From positions 44,849,004 to 44,912,697 of the forward strand of contig NC_068991.1 of NCBI RefSeq assembly GCF_001194135.2: a DNA stretch of 63,694 nt, read 5' to 3'. The notes beneath the pieces are model-generated. The model made no database searches. It was not told the origin of the DNA and worked only from the letters and a program-made list of their open reading frames with translations. The stretch comes from Octopus bimaculoides (Eukaryota). This document shows, piece after piece, positions 11,531 to 24,728 of this stretch; the stretch's first letter is position 1, and each line of letters begins with the position of its first letter. The position numbers and the translations under genes are program-made.

Positions 11531-14500
11531 TATAATTCGGATTTTACAATATGGTGATCCTGTTTTTTAATGTAGTATTATTGTTATTAGTATGCCATGG
11601 ATAGCTTGAAAATTGAACTTACATTTTATTTGCATCATTCATGTTTTGAATGTAGTATTCGTATTCATACCTTGAATAAGGATTTCAAATTTTATATATG
11701 GAAAGAGCATGACATATTTTGAATGATGATGGAGAAGACTAGAAAGATGAAATATGTTTAGTGTACAGCAACTGAACTGATATTCAATCTTAGAATGCGT
11801 TCGGAGTACTGTATAGTATCCATACATGATATATACGGTATATTATTGTCGATATTGCAAACAATATTCCGAGTGCGAAAATGTATTCATGTTATTTTAA
11901 AGACTGAAATGGTCTAATTTTACTAATGGTTATGGTCAATACGTCCTTCTATTCGGAAGGTTAATATTCAAAGCATATTTTCTGTCGAATGAGTTATTTC
12001 TGCTATTTCACTGTAGAATAAGAAAATATCACTTTGAGCAATTAAATTAAACTTTAAATGAATTATTTATATTTTAGTGGTAACACCATACGATGTAAAT
12101 GCAGTATTTGTTTTGAAAATGAACTATTAATGCTTTTATAATGTTGCAGCACATTATTCACATTTAAGTGCTTCAAATTTTAGTGAGTTTGAGAAAGATT
12201 CTTTTGTTGTGAGTGAGGAAAGCGAAACCTTGTTTGCGCTAAATTCTGGTGAAAGTAAAAGTAAAGGACCCTAAGGTAAAAAAAAACAAAAAAAAAAACA
12301 AAACCAAAAGTACAACAAAGAATGCAACACTCAAAAGAAAGCATGAATCGAGGCGTTTTTAGTACAGTGAGACGTACAGCGATAACGAACAGCAATAGAT
12401 AATGGCATAAAAAGTGAGCTAGAATACCAACACAGTTAAAAACTGCAGCTAAAAGACATACAGTACCAGGGCGCAAGGGACCCACAAGCCCATGAATAAA
12501 ATAATTGTGTCATATTTCTATGGTGGTTGGGGTTCACTTTCTGTGTCTTTTCTTTATTACTCTAACCACGTTGCCACAAGAATAAGCACATCACGGGAAA
12601 TAACAAAAAACGTTTGTGGCTGAAGGGATAAAGGGACCGCCAGATAAGCATAAGCTTTGAAAATTGAGAAAGAAGTCGATAAAAGAAATTTTAATAAAAT
12701 AAAACCGGATATAATTCACAGAAATATTTTCGTTTGATAGTGTTTGTGTTTCTTTTGGAGATCGCATTTTTGATGTTGCTATTGATGGTAGTAGTGGTGA
12801 TAGTGATTAGGTTAGAATGATAGCATTGGATGTATAATGACGATTTTGTAGTGAGTGCTTTGTCTTTTCATTTGGTATTGTTTTTAGTGATAGTGTGTTA
12901 GTTGGAGTTGGAGATTTGCACGTGATGATATTTCCACCTGTCTTCTGACCGAAATTCTAAATCGCGTGCGCGCGGCCACACGCACACACACACACACACA
13001 CACACCACAGACACACGTGCGCACACACACACACACACACACATGCACACAGGAGCGCAAATTGAGAGAAATAAGATTTTATGTGATTTCAAATAGTCAA
13101 ATTTTACACTATGTTTATTTAGCCCATTCGGATCAACCTTGATCAAACACACTTCTATTATTAAAAACGTCCCGGCCATGACAATCCCGTTGTGTTTAGT
13201 AGTGGTTGTACCAACACCACCACCAAGAACAATGACTTTTCTCATAGTATTTTCGGCGTTCTTTTAATATCATGTGCTTACAGTAAATGTGGAAGATAAC
13301 AAGAATAAGTAGTAGCAAGAATAAGGAGGAAGATGGAAAACGAATAAGAACGATGAAAAGAAAGGATTAAAATAAAGTAAACGTGGTGAAGAAGAAAAAG
13401 AAGAAGAGAAAGAAGAGAAAGAAGAAGTGGAAGAAGAAAAAGTAGAGGAGGAAGAAGAAAATGAAGAGGAAGAAGAAAAAGAAGAGGAAGAAGTGAATGC
13501 AATAAAAAAAAATTAAGAAAATACGAAAAATGGAGTGAAGTTAAAAAAGAAAACAAAACAAAAAGGCCGGATTAGAAAGAGAATTATGTGAGGAGTAGAG
13601 CGGGTAAACAAATACTGGCAAGTCATGTAGAATAAAAGAGTGGTACAAAGGAAAAGGAGGGGAAGAGAGGGAGGTGGAGTGGATCAGAGATGAGAGAAAA
13701 AAAATAAGAGAAAAGAAAATGTGAACCAGTGAAAGGCGAATGACATTTTATGTCTTAATTGATTTATCTTAACAAAAATGAAAAAAAAAAAAATGGAAAG
13801 AAATTGAGTGATAAACGCTAAGAAGGAAACACAAAAGAAACTAACCAAAGGAAAACAAAAATGTATCAGTGGAAACTGAAGAAAAAAAGGAAATAATAAA
13901 GAACAAGATTTCCAAATATGTGATCGAAAAACACATGTATATACGCACACTCATATGTAAACGTAATCAAACACAATCCCAAATTCCAATACGTCCTTTA
14001 CTCTCGATTTAAGAAACCCACCTCTCTTCATAGACATTAAATAAATGTGTTGAAATAAAAACACAAAAAAAAAAAATGGCGGCATTAGTTGAGTGAAGGA
14101 AAATAATACTCTCAATCCAGTCAACCTCAAAGAAAACATTAACAAAAATAACAACAGCGTCACTGACAACAGCAGGAAAAAGAGAGAAAAAGTATTAATA
14201 CTGCAGCAAGACTAACGGCATGAGGGACAAATATTGAATATGGAGCATCATTAACAACAACAACAACAACGGTTACAACAGTTATAAGAATTCTGCTGTA
14301 ATAAATCCCTTTTCTATTTTACTATGTCATCTAAGTAAAACAGCAAAAGAATTTTTAAAAGGTGGGGTTTGGGAAGAGAAATAAAACGAAAGAATTAAAC
14401 GAGCAATATTTCAATCGATGAATTATGTACAGAGATTTAAGTTTTCCAGTGAATGACTGCTAATTTGAAGAATTATTGGTTATTCTCAAAATATAAAAAA

Positions 14501-14645
14501 AAGGAGAAAGGAATAATAATTGTGTGAGAGATAGATAGATAGATAGATAGATAAATACATAGATAGAAACAGAGAGAAAGAGAGAGGAAAAGAGAGAGAA
14601 AGCACGGTTGAGAAAGTTAGAGTTCGAGGGAGAACGGGAGAAACC

Positions 14646-14680
<35 letters not shown>

Positions 14681-15400
14681 AAAAAGAGATGAGTAAAATC
14701 AAAACTATATATNNNNNNNNNNNNNNNNNNNNNNNNNNNNNNNNNNNNNNNNNNNNNNNNNNNNNNNNNNNNNNNNNNNNNNNNNNNNNNNNNNNNNNNN
14801 NNNNNNNNNNNNNNNNNNNNNNNNNNNNNNNNNNNNNNNNNNNNNNNNNNNNNNNNNNNNNNNNNNNNNNNNNNNNNNNNNNNNNNNNNNNNNNNNNNNN
14901 NNNNNNNNNNNNNNNNNNNNNNNNNNNNNNNNNNNNNNNNNNNNNNNNNNNNNNNNNNNNNNNNNNNNNNNNNNNNNNNNNNNNNNNNNNNNNNNNNNNN
15001 NNNNNNNNNNNNNNNNNNNNNNNNNNNNNNNNNNNTACATGTACGTATTCACACACACACACAAACACACACACACAGGCATTTTAGCATACAGAAAATA
15101 TTTCATTTTAAGTACAACTCATCTTTTATATTTATTTTTCAAAATGAAGGTTGATATTTGATATATTAGAAATAAATAAAGCATACAAATAAATTAGGTC
15201 AATATACGTTTGTAACATATTCTGACTTAGGATTCGTAGCTTACACCAAGTAAATTGATTTCCATCCAACAAGACGTGAGAGTTTTAACGAACGGAATAT
15301 CAATGTCTTCAGGCGTTTCTGAACAGTACATTTTCTCAAGTTTCGCTTCCCTCGGCATTCCGCCCTCAGTGATATCGTGAACCGAAGTGATATCAGTGAT

Positions 15401-15600
15401 ATCGTGAACTGGCAGGATCGTTAGCACAAATACTTCGTGGCATTTCGTCCGCCCGTCTTTGGGCTCTTTCAAATTCCACCGAGGTGGAATTTGATTTTCA
15501 GCCATTTAGGAGCAGATAAAATAAGTACCAGTCGAGCACTGGAGTTGATGTAATTGACTAGTCCGCTTTTTCTACCAAATTTCAGGACGTGTACCTCTAG
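15401..15600 (+). mobile_element. SINE family B, diverged copy
   Basis: GAACTGGCAGGATCGTTAGCAC...CAAATTCCACCGAGG...GATAAAATAAGTACCAGTCGAGCACTGGAGTTGATGTAATTGACT matches 24515-24728. Confidence 0.7.
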
Positions 15601-16671
15601 AAAAAATACATGTCAAATGAACCAGACTTCCATTTAATAAGTCGATTTCTCAGAGTCAATTATAATATCTCTGTCAATCTAACAGTCGGATTATCATAAA
15701 TTGTCTCAAGGAAGTAATCAATCATTTAGTCCGTCCTCTGATTAATCAATGAGTCTGTTAATCAGAAAATCTCATTCCGACAATCAGCCAATGAGTCAAT
15801 TAAATAATCAGTCAAGCAATCAACATGTCAGTTAATCAACAAATAAGTCCCTCTGTCAATCAGAATATTAGTCTGTCAATCAACCAATCAGTCAGTTTGT
15901 TCAGTGGACAGTCAGTCTGTCAGTTAGAGAGTTAGTTTGATCAATAAAACAAATCACTAAGTTAATGCATCAATCTGTCAATCAATTATTCATTTCTTAA
16001 AACAAACATACCATTCATGGAAAATGGGGAAAATGCACTTAATATATTCTAAACAACCAGTCAATCAATGAGAATCAGCAAATCAATTTTATATTTAGTC
16101 AGTCAAATCAATCAAACAAATTTAACTATGGGTGGATCATTACAATTACCATATTTGATTAGAAAAATAGGAAAACTTCTCGAAAGACAAATGGAACTTT
16201 GTAAGGATCATTGTTTAGATCCTGCTTCTTAGTGGCAAGCTACCGCTTGGATAGTAGGGGCAGCTGTATATTTGTATGTTTAAATGTCTCTACACAAACA
16301 AAAGAAGCTTGAAATGCAGGTTTGCTGGTAGTCTAATATATCAACTCGATCGTTTCGCTTTTAAGGAAATATAGAGGCCTATATCAAATACATAACTAAT
16401 AAAAAAAATGGCACTGTGAATCTTGTACTTAGATCAGATAGATTATTCATTTAAGATCTGAAATGTATAATGATGTAAAAGAACACAGATATGTGAGTAG
16501 GTAAATGAACATTAAAAAAAGTCCATCGTTGTATTAAGTCAATCGTGTTTTTTTTAGGCAAATTGCAACAATCTATAATATCAGTCTTCTCTTCAGATCT
16601 TCAGATGTTTTAGCATTAATCGAATTAGCAATATAGCAATGAAAAACGAATAGTCTATTCTTTTATTTTTT

Positions 16672-16895
16672 TACTCGTTTTATTCATTGAACTGAGGCCA
16701 TACTGGGGCATTCCCTCAAGGGTTTTAGTCAAACAAAGCGATCCCAGTACTTATGTTTTAAGTTTGGTACTTATTGTATTGGTCACTTTTGCCCAACTAC
16801 TAGATTATGAGGATGTAAACAAAGTAATACTGGTTGCCAAACGGTGGTGGAGTACAAATACGGGCGTACAGACACACATACACACATATTCGATG
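16672..16895 (-). mobile_element. SINE family A, 3' half, diverged
   Basis: TTTTACTCGTTTT...GGCCATACTGGGGCA...GATCCCAGTACTTAT...CTTTTGCCCAAC...GTAAACA aligns to 61228-61445. Confidence 0.6.
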
Positions 16896-18734
16896 GGCTG
16901 CCACATAGGTTGCAAAGCAAGCTTCATAACCACACAACCTTTCCTGCGTCTTTGGGTAAGACGCAAGTTGTTCTCAGGTTATTATTCTCCGAAGAGCCTC
17001 GTATTACCTACAACTGAGTTAATTACCTTACCCGGAGAAGCATCAAAATCTCGCAATGGATTATCAATCATATCATGAATTATCATTCCAATAATTTCTC
17101 AATTTCGATCGCTTGAGGCAGCAGGTCTCAGTTGATGAGTTTGACGTTGGTGCTGTAAGTTTGACTTTGGTTCTATTCTGTAAGTTTGACGGTGGTGCTA
17201 TTCGGTTTTGGGAAAATAACTAAACACCTTTTGAAATACCAAGCGTGAGTACCATAGGAACAGCTACATATTAGCTAGTAAGGCCCAGATTTATACATAG
17301 TAACAAATTATTTAGACTCATAATATAAGCAATATTATGAGCATATTCAGGGTGCTGTGTTGAAATCCATGCCGAATAGCTTAGATTTCTGGTTGTATAT
17401 ATATATATATATATGATTTTACTATGGTAAATAATGCCTAGGGAACTGGAAAATTAACGTAGCATCAGTAGTGTCAACAAGGGTGTAATCGCTGTTAGTG
17501 TGATGATCAACGCGCTGTCAAAATTATTGCTAACAGTTGTGCCTGTATTGGTGTCAAAAAGGATGTCATTTAAGAACTGCAGTGTCACCAAGGATGTAAA
17601 TATTGACACCAATAATTTGTCAATAATAATCTTAACTTAGGTGTAAATTTATCTCAAATGTAATGTCAGCATTGTCAGCAATACTAACATTTGTAGGCAT
17701 AAGAATAAAATTTTGATGTAACGATGATTCATCATTGGTTTTTACTGCATTATCAACTGTTTAAGCCTATGTTATCTCTGATTTAATAGATATGTTACCA
17801 AATGTATTTCGATTTTAACTATCCTGTATCTATGACGACATGTGTACTTCCTATTTAGAGACCATGTTGTTGCTTTTGTTTAATCATAAGTCTACGTTGA
17901 TAGCAAAGATCTTTGAATGGAGGAAATCACAACCGTAACTATCCTAGCCTTCCTGGGTATTACAAAATAATTCAGTAGGTTCTTTCCATTTTTAATACAT
18001 TGCTTGCCGTTTCCAGGTTAGTGCTGTCTACAATTGTTGTGAAAGCACATTTTAGCGCTGCATTCACAGTGTTGATGTTACTGTTATATCATTTATAAGT
18101 ATATATGATACAAATTTGAGTCAACTTCTCAGATAACCTTGCCGACTTCATCACTTTCCACGCCGGATCATCTGAAGTTAATGAGGACCTGATTGCATCA
18201 TAGTGTAATGGATGGCATTTTTTAACACCTGATTCAGAGCTACCTACTATGATCTTACTTTCACTGTCATAAAATAAGCCCCATAAAAGTTTGTGATAAT
18301 GTGGGTAATACGTCGAACTACGTAAAGTTAAACATAATCCATGGTAGCTAGAAAAATGTACGACTAAACTTTATAGCACAATCGATTCAGGACTATCCAA
18401 GGCACTGTAAGCTGAAAACAACGACAATAACATGAGCCAGTTTATTTTATATTAAACAATAACCCTAAGAAATACTTTTCATTTGAGAACAACACATCGA
18501 TCGCTTGACAACAGCCAGCTAAATCGATTAAAAAATAAAATCAATAAATGAAGTATGTCATGCGCATTTCTTACTTAATTCAAAATTGTTTATCTAAGCA
18601 TTACTGTACTCAAACGGGCGTAGTGTTACCTGGTCTATTGAAAGAATAACAAGTTTTTATGCAAGCATGAAACTTAAGATTTATTAAGAGGAACTAAAAT
18701 GTTATCTGTAGCAATTACTTTTCACAAGGACATC

Positions 18735-19417
18735 TGTCACGGATGTTGGACCGTTCTATGTGAGACTCAAAAGCGGATCCCGAAAATAGCTCGGGTCTGT
18801 GAAACATATAGACTGTTTTAACTCTGTACGTAAGCATTGTGACTTCCATGAGTAAAGCCGGGCGTCTTGATGACGTACATAAAATTCGTGACGAGATGAA
18901 GTGTACGGAGGCAGTATTGCCTGGATTTGCCTGGATTTACTTGGGATTATACTTAAGGACCTATACCTTCACGGAAGTACGGACCAACCTCTATACCTTC
19001 TGGAATAAGATGATCTGTTAACTTTATTCTCCAGTCTTTATTTTTCTATCTACTGTTTTATTCTTTTATACACTGTGAATTCTCTGTCTGGAACTTTCCT
19101 ACATACCTTGTCTCTGATGACGGAATACTCAGTGTATGGAGATGCTGACCCATCATCCGGGATATCTCAGAAACAGCTGTAAGACATTAATTACTTCTAA
19201 TTCACCTTTCTCTAATTAAATACTCTAAATGATCTGAGATACTTGCCCTGCCTTGGTTTTGTTGTCCTTTTTCCTCTAATATATACTTGTTAACTCGGAA
19301 GCCTACTACGGATCCCTACTCCAGCCTCAGTTGTGAACTTGGAACCTAACGGATGACCAATTATAGCACTTACATAGCGTACCTATTCGTTTAGATCGTC
19401 AGTCAACTAAACTCCTC

Positions 19418-19418
<1 letters not shown>
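18735..19418 (+). mobile_element. Putative terminal-repeat (Penelope pLTR- or retrozyme-like) segment carrying a hammerhead ribozyme
   Basis: More GC-rich, hairpin-rich block containing the motif at 19109-19186; boundaries are estimated (TGTCAC... to ...CTCA before a TATG tract). Confidence 0.45.
19109..19186 (+). ncRNA. Type I hammerhead ribozyme (Penelope/retrozyme minimal type)
   Basis: Stem I TGTCT (19109-13) pairs with AGACA (19182-86). Core CTGATGA at 19114-20, long imperfect stem II, GAAA at 19170-73, palindromic ACAGCTGT stem III, GUA cleavage triplet ending at 19181. Confidence 0.75.
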
Positions 19419-19448
<30 letters not shown>

Positions 19449-20716
19449 TGTATGTATGTATGTATGTATGTATGTACGCATGGACGTATGTACGTATGTA
19501 TGTATGTATGTATGTGTATGTGATTTATAGCAGTAATTATTCAAAAGTAAAGTTAATTCTAATTTGGAGAGTTCTACGTATTCGCTATAAGAATATCCTG
19601 TATGAATATCCCTTTGTCTGTCCTTGTTTGTCTCCTCTATGTTTAGCCCCTTGTGGGCAATAAAGAAATAAAAATATTTGATACAGTCCATTAATTCACT
19701 TGTTTATGTTGATTCTTATTTGCATATTTATTGAAAAGGAAGTACACAACATAAAGTTTTCTTAGTTGGCTTCTGCAAACGAGTTACTGAAAGCAGAAGA
19801 AATGGTATAGTTTATTGAATTACTATATACACATTTATTCGGAAGTTGGAGATTTCTATATAGAAGAGATCAGTTAGGTTCGGTCGTGAAATATTGTTTG
19901 TAAAGAGAAGAAAAAAAAAAAGAAGAAAAATAAGCTTTTATGTTCTGCTGGGATCTCGGGTTACCGCTGTTGCAATGCAGTTATCGTATTTAAAGAAGTA
20001 ATCATGCATATGAGGACATAAAGAGATAAATTCCATTCATTTGTTTAACGTTTTGGTTCTGCGGAAAACTTTTCCAAGGTGCAGAAACTGCAGAAAGCAT
20101 TTGATTCTGTGTAATAATGGCTCTAAAAGTTTCCCTTCAAAGGTATGAGATATCAATATATTTACCAAAATGCATGTGTTGGTTGGCTTGTGTTCTGTCA
20201 CCATTTCTACTTTCTGAATAGTAATTTTGTTGATAGAGACATTGCTCATAAATTGTTTAGCAGACATTCCTCTATAATCAATGCACTTTCGCTTGTATAT
20301 TAAATGTTACAATGTTTTCATTTTTCAGTGACTCGATTTCAAAGAATCACAGTAGTTAAACCTTTTCTTTTTCATAAATATACACACCAACAAACACTAC
20401 AATATTTCTACAAACACATGAATCCGTCCCAAAACAGTCACACACGTTTCAGGCACTGTAAGCGCGTGCACACACACGCAAGCGTGTTAGATTCTGTTAG
20501 ACAGAGGGTTAGATTCTACGAAAACATCAATACAGGAATACCACGAAAACAAGGATAGACAAATTAATTCAAGCATACCAAATACTAATATAGCATATTG
20601 CCCGCGTTCTTGTTTTAAAAACTAACATATACAGGTGTTACAAAAGATCTTACTCGACACTGTCTGAGGAGCTATAATCTGGCGAAGCAAGTTGTAAAGT
20701 TGTGTGTGAGTGTGTG

Positions 20717-20794
<78 letters not shown>

Positions 20795-21205
20795 CAGCCG
20801 TTAGAAAAATTCACCTGTCAATTTAAGCGGAACGCTTGCTCCTGCTAAGCTTAGAAATTTATCGTATTCCATAATTGAGAAAAATGTGCATATATTCATT
20901 ACCACCAACAAATATATATTTTTAGATAATGATTTTAATTTCATGTAAAGTATTGTCATTGGGGAGACTAATGTATATACTTTAGAGAACGAAAACACTC
21001 ATACACACAAGCGCATACACATATACAAATACATTCATATAGATTGATTCATATATAACTACAGCCGTACGTGGATCATTGCGCACGCAAAACTATATCC
21101 AAACATTGGAGTATATATATTTATATTGAGATGTATGCCTAACAAAGTATATTACGTTCAACTAGTTATACAATCACGCACGCATTCTTGTGTGAGCACG
21201 TGAAA

Positions 21206-21259
<54 letters not shown>

Positions 21260-21536
21260 TCACACACACACATACATATACATACACATGCGTGAACGTA
21301 TTTTAACAGCAGTTTCACCCGGCTCCACATCACAACATTTTGGGGCGCTTAGGGATCATCGATTCATCAGATGTTCTGTTCCTAGCAGGTGACGAGATGG
21401 ACTTGTTCTACGTGTCCAAGAAATATATCGTACGGAGCTGCGTTAAACTGTTATTAAAAGTAAATGTGACTGTTACCAAGTGAATTGAATGCTACTATGC
21501 TACTCAACACATTTCATACGAGTGATCACTTATTCG

Positions 21537-21583
<47 letters not shown>

Positions 21584-21828
21584 NNNNNNNNNNNNNNNNN
21601 NNNNNNNNNNNNNNNNNNNNNNNNNNNNNNNNNNNNNNNNNNNNNNNNNNNNNNNNNNNNNNNNNNNNNNNNNNNNNNNNNNNNNNNNNNNNNNNNNNNN
21701 NNNNNNNNNATATGTCTATAAATGTACGGATATAGGAGCATGTGTACGTACAAATATAGATTTAGATCCACGTAGTAGACATAGAAATACACACTCACAC
21801 ACACACAAACATACACACACTCTTACGC

Positions 21829-21876
<48 letters not shown>

Positions 21877-22559
21877 ACACACATATATATATAGAGAGAG
21901 AATGACATACATAGAAAACAAAAGAATGGAGAATTATGCATTTTAATCAGCTTACACGTGTTTCAGATACATTGGTATTAAATCAAGCATATTAGTCGAT
22001 CCCATATTTGATCGACTAAGAAACCACAGCGATTGAGAAGTTTAATACTATCCTATCCTTAACACAGCTGCACAACGCTGCTTGGAATAGAGAACAATTT
22101 AAAAGCGACAAATAATAGTAAAGCTAACAATATTTATTTGTGTAAGAGGTAGGGTGTTATGTCAGCAAATGTACTTAGCAATTGTAATTATCAGGTTAAT
22201 ATAATATTGTATGTAATATGATATAGCAATATTCCTAGCACATTTAGACAGTTATTAACCCTTCAAATATACATGGGTGGCATGTATAGCTAAACTGTTC
22301 ATTAACTGTATTACTCAGATGGCAGTGGGAATGTCATTTAAATAGTATTTTTTCTAAATATTATCTGTGAGTAGAAAACAGATTGAGTTAGTGAGAATTT
22401 CAAAAAGAAAATTAATTATTCTAAAGGAATAAATACTTAAAACTTAAAATAATTGTAATATGGTTAAGATAACTTAAGGTAAAAAAAGAATAATAATTAG
22501 AAATAAACAAAAATAAAGATGAAATAAATAAGTTAAAAAATAAAATAAATTGAAAAGTA

Positions 22560-23990
22560 CGCGGCCTCCAAGAAAGACTGTGACCAGTAGCTGGAGGCCT
22601 ACCTCAGCCGTGGCCCGTTTGTCTATCTGTTGGCTTGTCTGTCGTATGGGTCTCCAAGCATGCTCTTCACTGCGGATAAGGTCATACCATCTTCGACTGA
22701 CGTTCAACGGGTGATCCATTGGGCTCCTCCTATTCGATCGGGGTGGACATCATTGCTCAAAGCATCTTGGTGCCTTTCAATGTATGGTACCTGAGCGATG
22801 CGACGATAGGCGAACCCGTAGAGAGTGTCTGCTATAATTTTCGATCAGTGCTTCCTGCTCTGGAGAGAGTTAGCCTCGAGATTAACTCGTCCAAATCAAT
22901 GCTGAGCGTCAGCTACGACGCAGAGGATTTTGTGCTCTCCGTCTCGGACGTGCATTCATTACTTCACTAGATACAGGTAACCTCGTAAGAGGACGTCCTT
23001 ATACATAGTTCACCAATCCTTTCGCCTACCCTTTCGCATACCCTCAAATCTAGGCTTCGCTTGCTCGTAACTTTGACAAGCAGACTGAATGCAATCGACG
23101 CCATCCAGCATTCTTCCTGGTAAGGAACTGCTTCGCTATGCCGAAGCAATTGTCTACCATCCGCAGTGCCTCTTGCTACAACCACACACCTCTCCTCACA
23201 GATCTCGACGCCTGTATCCAACAGGCCGCTGAAGATATATGCAACGTTCGATTTCATGACACTGGAAGACAATAGACTACCTTATCCATTAGATATGGCG
23301 GCCGCGACCTCCGCTCTCCGGTTTCACTGGTCCTGCCGGCATTTCTTTCGTCTGTGATCGCTTGACGTGTTCTCATCAACAGCGGTACCTGGCTCAATGC
23401 AGTGTCATCACTCTCGACTGGTATTCAGCTTGATAGCGACTGCCTGCACATTGGTGTTTCACCGAGGCATGGCTTCTAGATCTGTGAACCTCCCAAATGC
23501 AGTTGTGGATCCACTATGGTTTCAGTTATTCTTCACTCATTGTCATGCCATTAAAGTGTTGGTCGCCTTCCACGCCATGCTGATTTCAATGAGATCATAA
23601 AGCATGGCCTAGACGTCGCAGGTTCGAGACAGCGGGGTCAAACTGAGGTGACGGTAAAAGGCTTGACAGTATGACAACTTTCTCGTTCCATGGTTGTAGA
23701 CTCATAACCTGAAATGTTATATGCTGTGACACTTTCTCCTGTGACAACTTCGTGCGTCCAGCGACCAGCCCAGGCTCCGCTGCTCGTGAGGCCGAGAAGG
23801 GCAAACTGTATATGTCAGCAGCTCTCTGACGGGTTTGTGCTCGAGCTAGCAGGAGTGGAGACCTCCAGTGGCCTCTGTCTCTGGACAATATCCCTGCTTT
23901 AGAGCCGGAGGTGGCTATCCTCAAGTGTGGACCCCGTGAGCCAGAGAAGGACTATGAGACAAATCTAACTGGAGGTGACCATGCTATGTA
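22560..23990 (+). mobile_element. CRE-clade non-LTR retrotransposon relic, 5'-truncated (RT, CCHC, RLE endonuclease)
   Basis: Fragments: PSMLFTADKVIPSSTDVQ-[fs]-GDPLG...FNVWYLSDATIGEPVESVC (YLDD motif), FFLVRNCFAMPK, TLSIRYGGRDLR, KCSCGSTMVSVILHSLSCH*SVGRLPRHADFNEIIKHGLDVAG, GDGKRLDSMTTFSFHGCRLIT*NVICCDTF...PGSAAREAEKGK. Markedly more GC-rich than the flanks. Confidence 0.8.
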
Positions 23991-24514
23991 AATCATTGAA
24001 CAACATTATCAATAATTTCTAGTTGTTTTAAAATGTTAAGTTTGGAGATTGCAAACAAGAAAGTAGAAGTTACACAGAATAGAAATATAATCTATCACCC
24101 GAAATTTGACACGAAAAAGAAAACAAATTAAAACAAAAACGTAGTTCTTTCGTAAGCAATGGACATTTCAGTCGACTTTTACAGTTACCTAACCGGTTTA
24201 TTATTCAGAGATTTTTCGTCTGAAATGTTCATTTCATCTATTGTCAATATTAGGTGTTGAGCTAGGAATCTATTCTGTAGTAAGATACGATACATCTGAT
24301 ATACACGTTTTCCCAATTCGAGCTAATTCGAGTTTGTTTTTTTATTATATCACTGTTGTTTCTAATATTATTATTATTATTTCTATGATTATTATCAATC
24401 ATTATCATCACCATCATCATTAGTATCATCATTACAATTTCTACTTCGATTAATATTATTGTTACCACTATTGTTATGGCTACTATCCTTATTACTATTA
24501 TTAAGTGGATTGAA

Positions 24515-24728
24515 TGCGGCAAGCTGACAGAATTGTTAGCACGCTGGACGAAATGCTTAGCGGTATTTCGCCCGTCACTACGTTCTGAGTTCAAATTCTG
24601 CCGAGGTCGACTTTACCTTTCATCCTTTCGGGGTCGATAAATTAAGTACCAGTTGAGTACTGGAGTCGATGTAGTCGACTATCCCGCTCCCCAAATTCCA
24701 GGCCCTGTGCCTATAATAGAAAGGATTA
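24515..24728 (+). mobile_element. SINE family B, near full-length
   Basis: GCGGCAAGCTGACAGAATTGTTAGCACG head, B-box-like GAGTTCAAATTC, body GAGGTCGACTTTACCTTTCATCCTTTCGGGGTCGATAAATTAAGTACCAG; inverted copy at 51085-51265. Confidence 0.85.

Noticed and set aside
12180-12485. 101-aa hydrophobic ORF on the minus strand
   Set aside because: GTG start, and the hydrophobicity comes from T-rich reverse-complemented poly-A runs; no recognisable domain.
18092-18370. ~93-codon open frame on the minus strand with a TTTTTCTAG acceptor
   Set aside because: No start codon, good donor or recognisable domain; open frames of this length are expected several times by chance in a window this size.
21300-21380. 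CTGATGA...GAAAC on the minus strand
   Set aside because: No stem II, and stem I is out of register; chance co-occurrence.
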